64,000 nt of DNA from a virus. Taxonomy: Duplodnaviria; Caudoviricetes. The position numbers and the translations under genes were made by a program. The stretch is from the IMG/VR virus record IMGVR_UViG_2799112265_000001, positions 1 through 64,000 of that record. One strand, given 5' to 3'. A model generated the notes under the pieces. It did no database searches. It was given only the letters and a program-made list of their open reading frames with translations, and was not told where the DNA came from. Below, one piece after another: positions 10,416-19,597 of this stretch. Numbering within the stretch: position 1 is the first letter of the stretch; every line of letters begins with the position of its first letter.

Positions 10416-10907
10416 GTGGCAGGCGAGACCGTCATCACCGTCATCGGCAACCTGGTCGACGACCCCGAACTGCGATTCACCCCCTCCGGAGCGGCGGTCA
10501 CCAAGTTCCGCGTCGCCTCCACGCCCCGCACCTTCGACCGGCAGACCAACGAGTGGAAGGACGGCGAGAGCCTGTTCCTGACCTGCTCGGTGTGGCGGCA
10601 GATGGCGGAGAACGCCGCCGAGTCCCTCCAGCGCGGCATGCGCGTCATCGTGGAGGGCCGCCTCAAGCAGCGGTCGTACGAGGACCGCGAGGGCGTCAAG
10701 CGCACCGTGTACGAGCTGGACGTCGAGGAGGTCGGCCCCAGCCTGCGCAACGCCACCGCGAAGGTCACCAAGACGTCCGGCGGAGGAGCGGGCGGCGCGC
10801 AGCGGGCAACGGGCGGCCAGGGACGTCCGGCTGACGACCCGTGGACGACGGTGGCCTCGAACGCCGGGGCGGCGGCCCAGTCGTTCTCGGACGAGCCGCC
10901 GTTCTAG
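10416..10907 (+). CDS. ssb: Single-stranded DNA-binding protein
   Basis: [25 protein letters not shown]-terminus and acidic DEPPF tail typical of actinobacterial SSB. Confidence 0.97.
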   Translation: MAGETVITVIGNLVDDPELRFTPSGAAVTKFRVASTPRTFDRQTNEWKDGESLFLTCSVWRQMAENAAESLQRGMRVIVEGRLKQRSYEDREGVKRTVYELDVEEVGPSLRNATAKVTKTSGGGAGGAQRATGGQGRPADDPWTTVASNAGAAAQSFSDEPPF

Positions 10908-10921
10908 CCGACGTGCGACAT

Positions 10922-10963
10922 GCAGTGAGGGCCCGGACGGCGTACCGTCCGGGCCCTCACTGC
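10922..10963. terminator. Bidirectional hairpin between convergent genes
   Basis: Perfect 19-bp stem gcagtgagggcccggacgg with 4-nt loop. Confidence 0.8.
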
Positions 10964-10967
10964 GTGC

Positions 10968-12641
10968 TCAGGACGCGACCGTCCAGGCGGAGTCGAGGAG
11001 GAGCAGGCTCTCGTCGTCCTGCCGGCCGGTGTCCGGCGCGGGCGGCGCCTGATCGGTGGGGGCCGGCGGGACGTTCGGGCTCTGCGGCGGCGCGCTGGAG
11101 TCGGCGGGTGCCGGTGTTTCCGGGGCCGGGGTGTTGCTCGGTACCGGCTCGGCTGGAGTCGGCGCCGTAGTGGTGCTCGGCGCGGTCGGAGCCGGTGTCT
11201 CCGGGGCCGGAGTGTCGCTTGGTACCGGCGCGGCCGGCGTCGGCGCCGCGGTGGTGCTCGGCGCGGTCGAAGCCGGGCTAGCTGGTGCCGTCGATGTGGC
11301 CGATGCGGTCGGCGCGGGTGCGCTGGTCGGCGCGGGCGCGCTCGACGTCGTCGGGGCCGGCGTCGGTGTGGGCGTGCTGGAACTGGCCGGAGCAGGCGTC
11401 GGCGTACCGGAGGTGGTCGGTGCCGGGGCGCTGGACGTGCTCGGCGCGGGGGAGCTGCTGCCGGTGGGGCTGGGCTGCGCCGTGGCGGTCGAGGACGGAA
11501 CGGCCGTACCGGCGGGAAGGGGCAGGCTCTGGTAGGCGGGCAGCGTGCGGCCGGTGGGCTCGGGAGCGGGCGGGGCGCCCAGTTCGATCCCGGCGGCCAG
11601 GGCCACGATGTCCTCCGGGTCCTTGCCGTACGGCCCGGAGGGCAACGGAACGGTGTCCAGGCCCAGGACCATGCGGGCGGCGAGCGTGGCCGGTTCGGCG
11701 GCGGCGGCCGCGGGCTCGGCGACGATCTGCTGCACCTGGTGGCGGCTCAGGCCGAGGGTGCCCAGGGTGAGCGCGGCCAGCCGGGGCGGGAGCGGCACGG
11801 CGCTGCCCATCGCGCGGGGGGCGGCGGCGACGGCGGCCTGGTCCAGGAGGTCGCCGTATTCCTTGATCCGCTTGCGGTCGGTGCCCCACAGGATGTACCG
11901 GCCGTGGACGGTGAGGGTCGGGTACAGCCTCTTGGTGCCGTCCTGCTGGGCGAAGGTCCGCGCGCTGTCGGCGTCGCTGTAGATCCGCAGGATGATGCGC
12001 TCGTCCGCGTAGGAGAAGAAGAAGATCGTCGAGTCGGGGCCGACGCTGGCCTTGGTGGACATCACCACGCCGTCGGCGTCGGTGCACTCGGCGGTCAGCG
12101 CGCTGCCGGGCTCGCACCGTATGTTGCTGGAGTCGGCGAAGTGGCTGAAGGTGCTGTCGGTGAAGGGCCCTTGGGCCTTGCTGGGGGCGGGGCTGGGCGA
12201 GGCATCCGGCGCGGCCGCCGACGACGAATCGGCGGGGAAGAGTACGTCGGACCAGCGGCCCAGTCCCCAGCTCACGGCGAGTGCGGGCACCAGGGCAGCG
12301 GCGATCAGGATGCGCCGCCGCCGGTCGGTGTGGCGGGTCTGCTGGGCGGAGGGGATCTCCGGCAGGAGGGAGATCGGGTTGGCGCGGGGCGCCGGTTGCG
12401 CGGTGACGCCCAGGAGGTCGTCCAGGCTCTCCAGCTCGGGGCAGTTGTCGCGCACCAGGCGCTCGGCGGCCTCGTAGGGCAGGCCCGGCAGGAACTCCCG
12501 CACGTACCGTACTGCGGTCTCGAACGGCTGGTCCGGGCGCAGGTAGAGCTTGCGGAGGCCGTCCTCCTCGATGAGCGCACCGCCAGCCGGGTAGTCCGTG
12601 CTGACGGTGATTTCCAGGTGTTCGATGGACGGGTTGCTCAA
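10968..12641 (-). CDS. Single-pass membrane protein with long Pro/Thr/Ser/Ala-rich tail
   Basis: RRRRILIAAALVPALAVSW transmembrane segment; overlaps the upstream gene; third gene of the sigma operon. Confidence 0.65.
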   Translation of the reverse strand: MSNPSIEHLEITVSTDYPAGGALIEEDGLRKLYLRPDQPFETAVRYVREFLPGLPYEAAERLVRDNCPELESLDDLLGVTAQPAPRANPISLLPEIPSAQQTRHTDRRRRILIAAALVPALAVSWGLGRWSDVLFPADSSSAAAPDASPSPAPSKAQGPFTDSTFSHFADSSNIRCEPGSALTAECTDADGVVMSTKASVGPDSTIFFFSYADERIILRIYSDADSARTFAQQDGTKRLYPTLTVHGRYILWGTDRKRIKEYGDLLDQAAVAAAPRAMGSAVPLPPRLAALTLGTLGLSRHQVQQIVAEPAAAAAEPATLAARMVLGLDTVPLPSGPYGKDPEDIVALAAGIELGAPPAPEPTGRTLPAYQSLPLPAGTAVPSSTATAQPSPTGSSSPAPSTSSAPAPTTSGTPTPAPASSSTPTPTPAPTTSSAPAPTSAPAPTASATSTAPASPASTAPSTTAAPTPAAPVPSDTPAPETPAPTAPSTTTAPTPAEPVPSNTPAPETPAPADSSAPPQSPNVPPAPTDQAPPAPDTGRQDDESLLLLDSAWTVAS

Positions 12642-13018
12642 CGCTGGTGGTCCTTGTCGCGCGCTATGGCGGCGTGGGCCTCCACGGCGGCGTCGATCTG
12701 GGCGGGGGTGATCTCTTCCATGTCGGACAGGATGAGGCGGCCGCCGCCGGGCAGGGTGGTCTCCTCGCGGTGCAGGCGCACCTCCTCCAGGCCGTCGCCG
12801 GTGCCGGCGTCCTGACGGGTGTCCACGGGCGCGTTGGCACGGCGGAAGGCGTTCAGCATGGCGTCGCGGGTGGACTTGATCCGGGCGGGGCTGCGGGTGG
12901 TGTCGGGTGCCAGGGCGCCCGCGGCCGCGAGCATGCGCCGGGTCTCGGCGTCATGAGGGACCGGGCCGCCCGCCAGGGCGCGCTCTAGACGATCCGCTGC
13001 CTCAGTGAGTCGTCGCAT
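12638..13018 (-). CDS. Putative anti-sigma factor resembling the RsbN N-terminal domain
   Basis: Overlaps the end of the ECF sigma gene; helical pattern ADRLERAL..RMLAAAGAL..RDAMLNAF. Confidence 0.45.
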   Translation of the reverse strand: MRRLTEAADRLERALAGGPVPHDAETRRMLAAAGALAPDTTRSPARIKSTRDAMLNAFRRANAPVDTRQDAGTGDGLEEVRLHREETTLPGGGRLILSDMEEITPAQIDAAVEAHAAIARDKDHQR

Positions 13019-13679
13019 GCTCGTCCCTTTCCACCGTTGTCCTGCCCGTCGTCGTTACACGGACTCCGACCACCTTCGCCCGGCCGCTCACCACCGTGAG
13101 CAGCTCCTCGATGAGCTTGGCGGAGGAATCCCCCGTGGGGAGCCCGGCCACGAACTTGGCCAGCGACCGTACCGTCAGCACGCGCACGGCGCCCGGACTC
13201 TTGCCCATAATCTGGCCGATTTCAGCCGGAGTAAGCCCCTCGAAGAATCGTAGCCTGAGGCAATCGCGCTGATTTGCGCGGAGCTTGCCGAGCTGCGTCT
13301 GTACGGCCTGGGCGAGCTGCTCGCGTTCCGCGCACTCGTGGGGGGTGAGGTCGGCGCGCGGCTGGTCGAGCTGCAGCAGGTCGGCGTGCAGCACCTCGTT
13401 GGGGCGGCGGCCCTGGGCGCGCAGGTAGTCGATGACCGTGTTGTTCGTGACGGTGTAGAGCCAGGCGGTCACGTTGGTGCCGGCCTGGTAGTGCTGCGCC
13501 TTCTGGGCGACCTTGAGCCAGACTTCCTGGGCGAGGTCTTCGGCGAGGTGGGCGTCGCGTACGCGCAGGCGGGTCCAGTTGTACACCTGCTGGTGGTGCT
13601 GGTTGTAGAAGTTCTCGAGCGCTTCTTCGTCGCCCTGTGCAGCCCGGACGAGGAGCTGGTCTGCGGATTGGCTGGTCAC
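13002..13679 (-). CDS. ECF RNA polymerase sigma factor, BldN-like
   Basis: AAQGDEEAL, AEDLAQEVWLK, AWLYTVTNN (region 2) and LRFFEGLTPAEIGQIMGKSPGAVR (region 4); RBS GGGGGA. Confidence 0.9.
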   Translation of the reverse strand: MTSQSADQLLVRAAQGDEEALENFYNQHHQQVYNWTRLRVRDAHLAEDLAQEVWLKVAQKAQHYQAGTNVTAWLYTVTNNTVIDYLRAQGRRPNEVLHADLLQLDQPRADLTPHECAEREQLAQAVQTQLGKLRANQRDCLRLRFFEGLTPAEIGQIMGKSPGAVRVLTVRSLAKFVAGLPTGDSSAKLIEELLTVVSGRAKVVGVRVTTTGRTTVERDEHATTH

Positions 13680-13913
13680 GGCGTGCTGGTCCCCCCTGGG
13701 TTGCCCATGGCGCGCCGTGCCGGGCGTGCGGAAGGTTCCGGGCGATGCCGGGACGATCTTCTTCCGCGTGGCGCGAGCGAAGCATATCCGGCCATCATCG
13801 GCACGAGAACGGCTGGAGACTCCCGTGCTGTTTTCCGTCTGGTGTACTGTGCGGGCTGTCGTCGTCCGCAGAGCGAGCGGGCGCCGGCGTACCCCGAACC
13901 GAAGGAGCACCCC

Positions 13914-14168
13914 ATGCCTGCCCGCCTGTCCGCCGCCGCGGCCCCTGCGCCGGCGGCCGCGCACGTCAATCCGGTCGACGCGGTGCTGATGGGCCTGCCG
14001 TTCGGGCAGTGGGTGCCGATGCCGGAGGTGGCGCGCCGGGTGCGCGAGGCCGGGCTGGACGGGAGTCTGCTGACCGCGATGGTGCGCCGGCACCGCAGGC
14101 GGGGAGTGCTGCGCACCGACCGCCAGCCCACGATGACGTACGTGATGCGCGTCGGAAACCCGGGCTGA
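13914..14168 (+). CDS. Small winged-HTH-like protein
   Basis: 84 aa; preceded by a class I promoter, a variant hairpin and CGAAGGAG RBS. Confidence 0.6.
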   Translation: MPARLSAAAAPAPAAAHVNPVDAVLMGLPFGQWVPMPEVARRVREAGLDGSLLTAMVRRHRRRGVLRTDRQPTMTYVMRVGNPG

Positions 14169-14373
14169 CCTGCACCGGCATCCCTCCCGGCCGGTCCCGG
14201 ACCGGCCTCCGCCGCCCCTCCGCCCGACCGTCGTAGATAACGGGCCACGGCCGCCTTCCCTTCTTGCTGCGGCGCCGCAGGCGCCTGAACTGCGCCGACG
14301 CGCTTGCGCGCGCACTTAGAGGGGAGGGACGGCCGTGGCCCGTTATCTACGACGGTTCGACGGAGCTGGCCCG

Positions 14374-15147
14374 TTATCGCCCCCGGTGGACATCCAGCCT
14401 GGCCAGCGCGTCGCTGAGCCGTGCCTGCGCGGTGACCGTCATCTCCGGGTCTCCGTCCCGAACCGCCACCACCACCAGCGCGGCCGCCGCCGCACTGGCG
14501 AGCTCCGGGTCCGACTCGATCGCAGCGGACATCTCCTCGACGCTCAACTGCCGGACGGCCTGGGCGGGCACGGCGCTGAACACGCGCTCCTCCAGCCCGG
14601 CCAGAACCGTCCGCGCGGAAGCGCACTCGCCGGCCAGCACCTCGTCTTCGCAGAACTCGGCGCCCACCACGTCCAGAGCGGACTGCAGCCCGGACAGGAC
14701 CACCTTCATCTGCCCGGGACAGCGGGCCACCGCCAGGGCCGGGTGATCCCTCGTCGGCTCGTACGCCTTGACCAGGTGAGCGACCGCCTCGCCGAGATAC
14801 TCCACGACGTCGAACCGCGCGTCAGTGGACCCGCCCAGCGGAGTCAGGAAAGGATAGTCGTGCCCCTCTGCGCCCTTGGAGAAGCGCGGCGAGCTGATGC
14901 CTAGCGACCGCATCCCGTAGACGAGGGCCAGCGAGTCGGCGGCGAAGCGCACGCGGTCGGAGGCGCTGGCGATGGCCTCGTCCATCCGCACCACGGTGCT
15001 GCGGCGCTCCCGCCCGCACGTCCTCGACTGCTCCAGCATCAGGGCCTCGTGCTCGGCCCCGAGGTTCTCGAAGACCGCGGTCAGCTCGGCCATCGCGGAC
15101 CGAAGGCCGTCTTCGGCCGGGACCGGGGTGCATTGCTGAGTTGTCAT
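14374..15147 (-). CDS. Hypothetical helical protein
   Basis: RBS CGGAGG; protein-like composition. Confidence 0.55.
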   Translation of the reverse strand: MTTQQCTPVPAEDGLRSAMAELTAVFENLGAEHEALMLEQSRTCGRERRSTVVRMDEAIASASDRVRFAADSLALVYGMRSLGISSPRFSKGAEGHDYPFLTPLGGSTDARFDVVEYLGEAVAHLVKAYEPTRDHPALAVARCPGQMKVVLSGLQSALDVVGAEFCEDEVLAGECASARTVLAGLEERVFSAVPAQAVRQLSVEEMSAAIESDPELASAAAAALVVVAVRDGDPEMTVTAQARLSDALARLDVHRGR

Positions 15148-15327
15148 CGGCATCCTCCGTGTCGACGCGGCGACGACAGGCCGCCTCGCCGTGTGCAGTG
15201 ACGCGCCGGGCGGCTGCGCCACCGCGCCTAACCTGCGGTGCCACGGCTGAGACACGGCCTGTCCGCGTTGTCCTCAACCACCAGCCCCCGGCCTGCCAGA
15301 TGTGGTCTGGCAGGCCGGGGGCTCTGC

Positions 15328-16716
15328 CTACTGGCGGCCGCACTCGTAGCAGCTCGTGCCCTTGATGAACGGATCGCCGTGTGTCAAGCACACGTCGAAC
15401 TCGACGTCGTCCGGCCGGACCTCGCAGTACGGGCACGGGGTGTTCGGCTCGACGAACCGAGTACACAGCGGGCACCGGGGCCACCCCGCGCACTTGACGC
15501 AGTAGTCGGTGCCCGTGGGCGTAGTGATCGGGTCCCGGCACTCCTTGCAGTCGGGATGCGCGGTGCGGCGCAGCACCAGGTCGGCGGCGCTCTCCCCCGG
15601 AATCATGGGGTCTGCCTGGTAGACGCTCGCCCGCTTGGTCTCCTCGTACCGCTCCCAGTAGTCGAAGCCGCCCTTGGGGTCTCGTGGTTCGGGCAGGGCC
15701 ATGCGGCGGGGGAGCGGGGTGGCCGCGAGTTCTTCCAGGCGCTTGGAGATCACTGCCCCTACCGACCGGGTTCTCTCGGGCAGCGGCCGCAGCAGCACGG
15801 TCAGGATCATGTCCCGGTCGTACTTCTCCAGCAGCAGGCCGTCGACTGTGCGGGCCTGGTCCTCCAGCACCTTGCCCGTCAGCAGCAGCTCCGGCTTCTC
15901 CCGCCCGAGGCCCAGCAGCAGATCCACGCCCGGCGTCCGCTGCACGGTCCTGGCTCGCTTCTTCTGGGTTCGGATATCGGGGGCGGGGCTGTCCGTCCGT
16001 CCCTCCTCGATGGGGTCAGGAGCGGTGCTGGAACCTACGGAGGGAAGGGGCGGGTCCATGGGGTGGGTTGTAGGGGAGGTTTGGGTGACTTCAAGTCGCC
16101 CCCCCTCGGACTTGTAGTCACCCCTCTCGGGACTTGAAGTCACCCCGTGACTTGTAGTCGCCCCCTTTTCGGGGTTTTCCACAGGGGTGACTTGCAGTCG
16201 CCCCCCTTCCGGGATGCCCTCTTCCCCAGGGGTGACTACAAGTCGCCCCCCCTCGGGGGCCTCCGGGGAATGGGCTGCCCCAGTGGCCTTCTTCGGCTTG
16301 GGCTTGCCCTTGTCGACGCGAGTCTTCTTCGGCGGGGCGGCTGCGATTGGGGGGCGGTCCGCGCGGGTGATCGGGCGGCGGCCGAGACGCGCGCGGAAGG
16401 TGTTCGTGCGCTCGATGTCCCGGAACCAGTCGTACGGGATCAGCAAGTCGTAAACGGTGGGCCGCCGGTGCTCCGGGATGTAGTGGGCCGCACGCTGGTC
16501 ACCCTCGGCGATCAGCTTCCGCTCGACCATCGCGCCCAGAGCGCGCTGGACGGTCCGCGTGCTGATCTTGGCGTAGGCCGCGATGGTCTTCACCGCGGGG
16601 AAGGCGTTGCAGCCGTCTTCGTCGGCGGCCTCGGCGAGGCAGAGCAGGGTGCCGAACTCGTTGATGTCGATCGTGGGCGCGTCCTTCATCGCCCAGAGGA
16701 TCGGGTCGAGGCTCAC
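15328..16716 (-). CDS. Replication initiator-like protein: N-terminal HTH, iteron-coded linker, C-terminal Cys-rich zinc clusters
   Basis: LLCLAEAADEDG.NAFPAVKTIAAYAKISTRTVQRAL HTH pattern; five or more CxxC motifs at the C-terminus. Confidence 0.75.
   Translation of the reverse strand: MSLDPILWAMKDAPTIDINEFGTLLCLAEAADEDGCNAFPAVKTIAAYAKISTRTVQRALGAMVERKLIAEGDQRAAHYIPEHRRPTVYDLLIPYDWFRDIERTNTFRARLGRRPITRADRPPIAAAPPKKTRVDKGKPKPKKATGAAHSPEAPEGGRLVVTPGEEGIPEGGRLQVTPVENPEKGATTSHGVTSSPERGDYKSEGGRLEVTQTSPTTHPMDPPLPSVGSSTAPDPIEEGRTDSPAPDIRTQKKRARTVQRTPGVDLLLGLGREKPELLLTGKVLEDQARTVDGLLLEKYDRDMILTVLLRPLPERTRSVGAVISKRLEELAATPLPRRMALPEPRDPKGGFDYWERYEETKRASVYQADPMIPGESAADLVLRRTAHPDCKECRDPITTPTGTDYCVKCAGWPRCPLCTRFVEPNTPCPYCEVRPDDVEFDVCLTHGDPFIKGTSCYECGRQ
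16083..16252. repeat. Six palindromic iteron-like repeats GACT-nnn-AGTC(A/G)CCCC inside the initiator gene; candidate origin
   Basis: Copies near 16083, 16108, 16129, 16147, 16184 and 16229. Confidence 0.8.
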
Positions 16717-16969
16717 TTTTGGTGCTTCTCTCTGTTTCTGTAACAGAGAGGGAGGAACTACTCAGACGGGTCAGCGTTGATGAGTCGTACTACTCGTCAT
16801 ACGCCTGTATGCTCGCCTGTGAGCAGTGCCTACCCCCTGGCTTGGGATGGGTAGGAAAGAAGGGGCGTCGACCGGGCCAGGTTGGCGCCCCTTTGTCATG
16901 CGTGCCGCTACCGTCGGTGTTGGCGATCTCACCTTACACCCACGTATTACAAAGGGTAGGATGGTCCGT

Positions 16970-17209
16970 ATGACGACGATGAACGTGTCGGGTGGGGGCA
17001 CCCGAGAGCGAACCAGCATCACGATGGAAGGCGCGCTGATGCGCCGGGCCAAGTCGGCCGGCGGCGGCAACCTGTCGGGCTACATCGAGCAGGCCGTCAG
17101 GGAGAAGCTGATCAGCGACTCCATGCTCGAGGTCGCGCGGCTGCATCTACTGGACCCCATGGATGACGTGGCCGCCGCCGCTGAAGCTGACGCCGAGGCT
17201 GCCGCGTGA
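16970..17209 (+). CDS. Antitoxin, RHH/CcdA-like
   Basis: RTSITM..NLSGYIEQAVRE, acidic tail; GTGA overlap with the toxin gene; leaderless behind TAGGAT. Confidence 0.7.
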   Translation: MTTMNVSGGGTRERTSITMEGALMRRAKSAGGGNLSGYIEQAVREKLISDSMLEVARLHLLDPMDDVAAAAEADAEAAA

Positions 17210-17523
17210 CCGAAATCCAAAGGGGGTCGGTGTGGCGAGTGCCCACCGTGGGCCGTGACCGCACCGTCTTGGTCGTCCAGCACAACGCAGTCATCAAGCA
17301 TCACCCCGGCGGTGTCGCCTGCCTGATCATTCAGGAAGTCGAAGACGCCCGCGACACCCTGCTGACCGTCGTGATCGAGGAGCCTGTGCGCGGCGCCGTC
17401 ATGGCATCCGACGGGCACCAGTTCCGGCCCCTGCGGTTTGAGCAGGGAAAGTGCCTGGGGTACCTGTCTGCCGAGGACATGGAGCGGGTCAACACGGCGC
17501 TGCGCGCCGCCCTGGACCTGTAG
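17206..17523 (+). CDS. PemK/MazF-family toxin
   Basis: IQRGSVW..R.VLVVQ..LGYLSAEDMERVNTALRAALDL. Confidence 0.75.
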   Translation: MTEIQRGSVWRVPTVGRDRTVLVVQHNAVIKHHPGGVACLIIQEVEDARDTLLTVVIEEPVRGAVMASDGHQFRPLRFEQGKCLGYLSAEDMERVNTALRAALDL

Positions 17524-17571
17524 TCCCCCGTCGACGTCGTCCCGCCCCCTGCCGTCCGGCCGGGGGCGTTG

Positions 17572-18027
17572 TCACGTCCGGGCAGGGATCGAGGCCCAGG
17601 TGACCCGGCCGCCGTCGTCGCCGGCGTACTGGCCGATGTCGTCGGCGGCCCGGTGGACGAGGTAGAGGCCCGGCTCGTCCTCGGGCGCCGGCAGTGCGCG
17701 GTCCATCTCGCTCACGGTCACCGTGACGTGGCTGCCGTCGAAGGCGACGCGACCTCGCAGGTCCACGCCGGCCCTGTACCGAGCGGTCACGTCGACCAGC
17801 TCGGTGAGCACGGCCAGCGCGTCCCCGCGCACCCAGTCGGCGTCGGGCAGGCCCTGAAGGAACCGCGCGAGCTGCGGGGCCACCACCGCGCGGGCCTGGT
17901 CCATGGCCTCCACGGGGGAGACCTCGGGGCCGATCACAAAGGAGGCCGCCTTCTCCACGCCAAGTTGACGGGGAGCCCCCAAGACGTCGATGTACAGGTG
18001 GTGCGGTGCAGCGTCGGAGATCGTCAC
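17572..18027 (-). CDS. Degenerate RsbW-like HATPase-fold protein
   Basis: AVLTELV..VTVTVSE..GLYLVHRAAD..GGRVTWA pattern; N-box Asn and G-boxes altered. Confidence 0.55.
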   Translation of the reverse strand: MTISDAAPHHLYIDVLGAPRQLGVEKAASFVIGPEVSPVEAMDQARAVVAPQLARFLQGLPDADWVRGDALAVLTELVDVTARYRAGVDLRGRVAFDGSHVTVTVSEMDRALPAPEDEPGLYLVHRAADDIGQYAGDDGGRVTWASIPART

Positions 18028-18370
18028 GGTTGCTCCGTTCCGTCGGGTAACACGTTCTCGAATGCTAGTTCGAGACGAGCGGGGGCGTGGAATGAATCAG
18101 GCCAGCGGAACCGGAGCGGTGGGCGCGCGCGGGGCTGGAGCCGGGGTCGGGAGGGCGAGGCATGGAGACCTTCCAGGTGGTGCGGGGTACGACGGAACCC
18201 ACATCTGGTGATGGTGTGGCGCCGGAGCGTGTTGTTCCGGGAGTAATGAAAGAGGGTGGAGGGTCTGCTAGTCAAACTATTGGTGGCCTAAATCTTCCCG
18301 GTGACCAACGATCGGTGGGGCGCGGTTATGGTTAGGGCTTCACATCCCGCCCAGGAAGACCACACTCACA

Positions 18371-19003
18371 GTGACCACTGAACCCGCGCCCGCCGCCATG
18401 CCCGAGTTCGTTCCGCCGCAGACTTTTGCAGACCGGCTGAACCTCCTCTTCGCGGCCAGCGCCCCCGAGAGCCCGCCGGGCTCCGGCACCTACGTCGAAT
18501 ACACAAACCCGCAGGTAGCAGCCGAGATCAACAGAGTCTTCGGCGAAGGGACGATCACCGGCGAGTACATCCGTCGCCTCCGCAGAGGGGAGAGCAAGTC
18601 CCCCTCTTTCTCGTACGTCGAGTACATCGCCGCGGCGTTCGAGCGCTTCTTCGGTTTCCCCGTCGACCTCGGTCTTTTCAAGGCAAACCTGTCCGACGCG
18701 GCCACCCGGACACTGGCCCAGGCCCAGAAGGTCGCCGCCGCGAAAAAAGGGCAGGGGGTCGGTTTCGAGCAGGCACTCGCGGCCATGCAACGATCTGCGG
18801 CTCCCGCGCGTCATACCGTGGATGAGAGCCAGGAACCCCCCGTTGCCCGTGTCCTGGCGCGGTCGACCCGCCGCCTGAATCCGGCCAACGTTCAGCGTCT
18901 GGCCGAGATGGCGGAGCGGCTGCAAGCCGTGCAGGACCAACTAGACGTGGTGCAGGACCTGGAAAACGACGCCTTGTCACAGGCTACGGAGCCAGGCAAC
19001 TAA
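18371..19003 (+). CDS. XRE/EspR-like HTH transcriptional regulator
   Basis: TFADRLNLLF..YTNPQVA..YIRRLRRG...PS..FFG. Confidence 0.8.
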   Translation: MTTEPAPAAMPEFVPPQTFADRLNLLFAASAPESPPGSGTYVEYTNPQVAAEINRVFGEGTITGEYIRRLRRGESKSPSFSYVEYIAAAFERFFGFPVDLGLFKANLSDAATRTLAQAQKVAAAKKGQGVGFEQALAAMQRSAAPARHTVDESQEPPVARVLARSTRRLNPANVQRLAEMAERLQAVQDQLDVVQDLENDALSQATEPGN

Positions 19004-19026
19004 CCCCCCAAGGTGCTCAGACTCCG

Positions 19027-19575
19027 GTGATACAGAACCCTCACGACCGCAAGATCCGCTCAGCTCTCGCGGCGTTCCCCGTCCCCAACCCGCTCACGGT
19101 CGACAGCCTGTTCGCCGTCATGCGCGACCGCTACCGACAGCGCTACCAGCGTTCCCTGGAGCTGAGGCGCGGCCCCACGCCGCTGCCCGGGCTCCAGGCG
19201 AACGCCCTGTGGGTGACCCGGCCGGCCGACGACGGCGACTTCGTCTGGCTCGACCCGTCCCTCCAGGGCTCGGCTGCCGTGCACAGCCTCTCCCACGAGA
19301 ACGGGCACATCGAGCTGGGCCACACCCCGCTGGAGATCCCCACCACCGCGGCGCCGGCCGAACCCGAGCCGTTCGACATGCTCCCCGACGCCTTCGTCAG
19401 CGGCTGCCTCCTCGCCCGCGCACGCTCCACCGAGGGCAGCCACGACCCCGCCTACAAGCGGGTCGAGGACGAGGCCGAGCGGTACGCGTTCCTCCTGCGG
19501 CGCCGCGCCGACGACCAGGCCCGCGAGTCCCGCCACCGCGACCCCCTCGTAGGCCGCCTCCACCACAGCCTGTAA
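19027..19575 (+). CDS. ImmA/IrrE-like zinc metallopeptidase
   Basis: HENGH (HExxH) plus downstream EDEAE; adjacent to the XRE regulator. Confidence 0.7.
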   Translation: MIQNPHDRKIRSALAAFPVPNPLTVDSLFAVMRDRYRQRYQRSLELRRGPTPLPGLQANALWVTRPADDGDFVWLDPSLQGSAAVHSLSHENGHIELGHTPLEIPTTAAPAEPEPFDMLPDAFVSGCLLARARSTEGSHDPAYKRVEDEAERYAFLLRRRADDQARESRHRDPLVGRLHHSL

Positions 19576-19597
19576 TCCCTGCTGCCGAAAGCCACCC

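Noticed and set aside
11050-11500. Short tandem DNA repeats
   Set aside because: Explained by the Pro/Thr/Ala-rich tail of the membrane protein.
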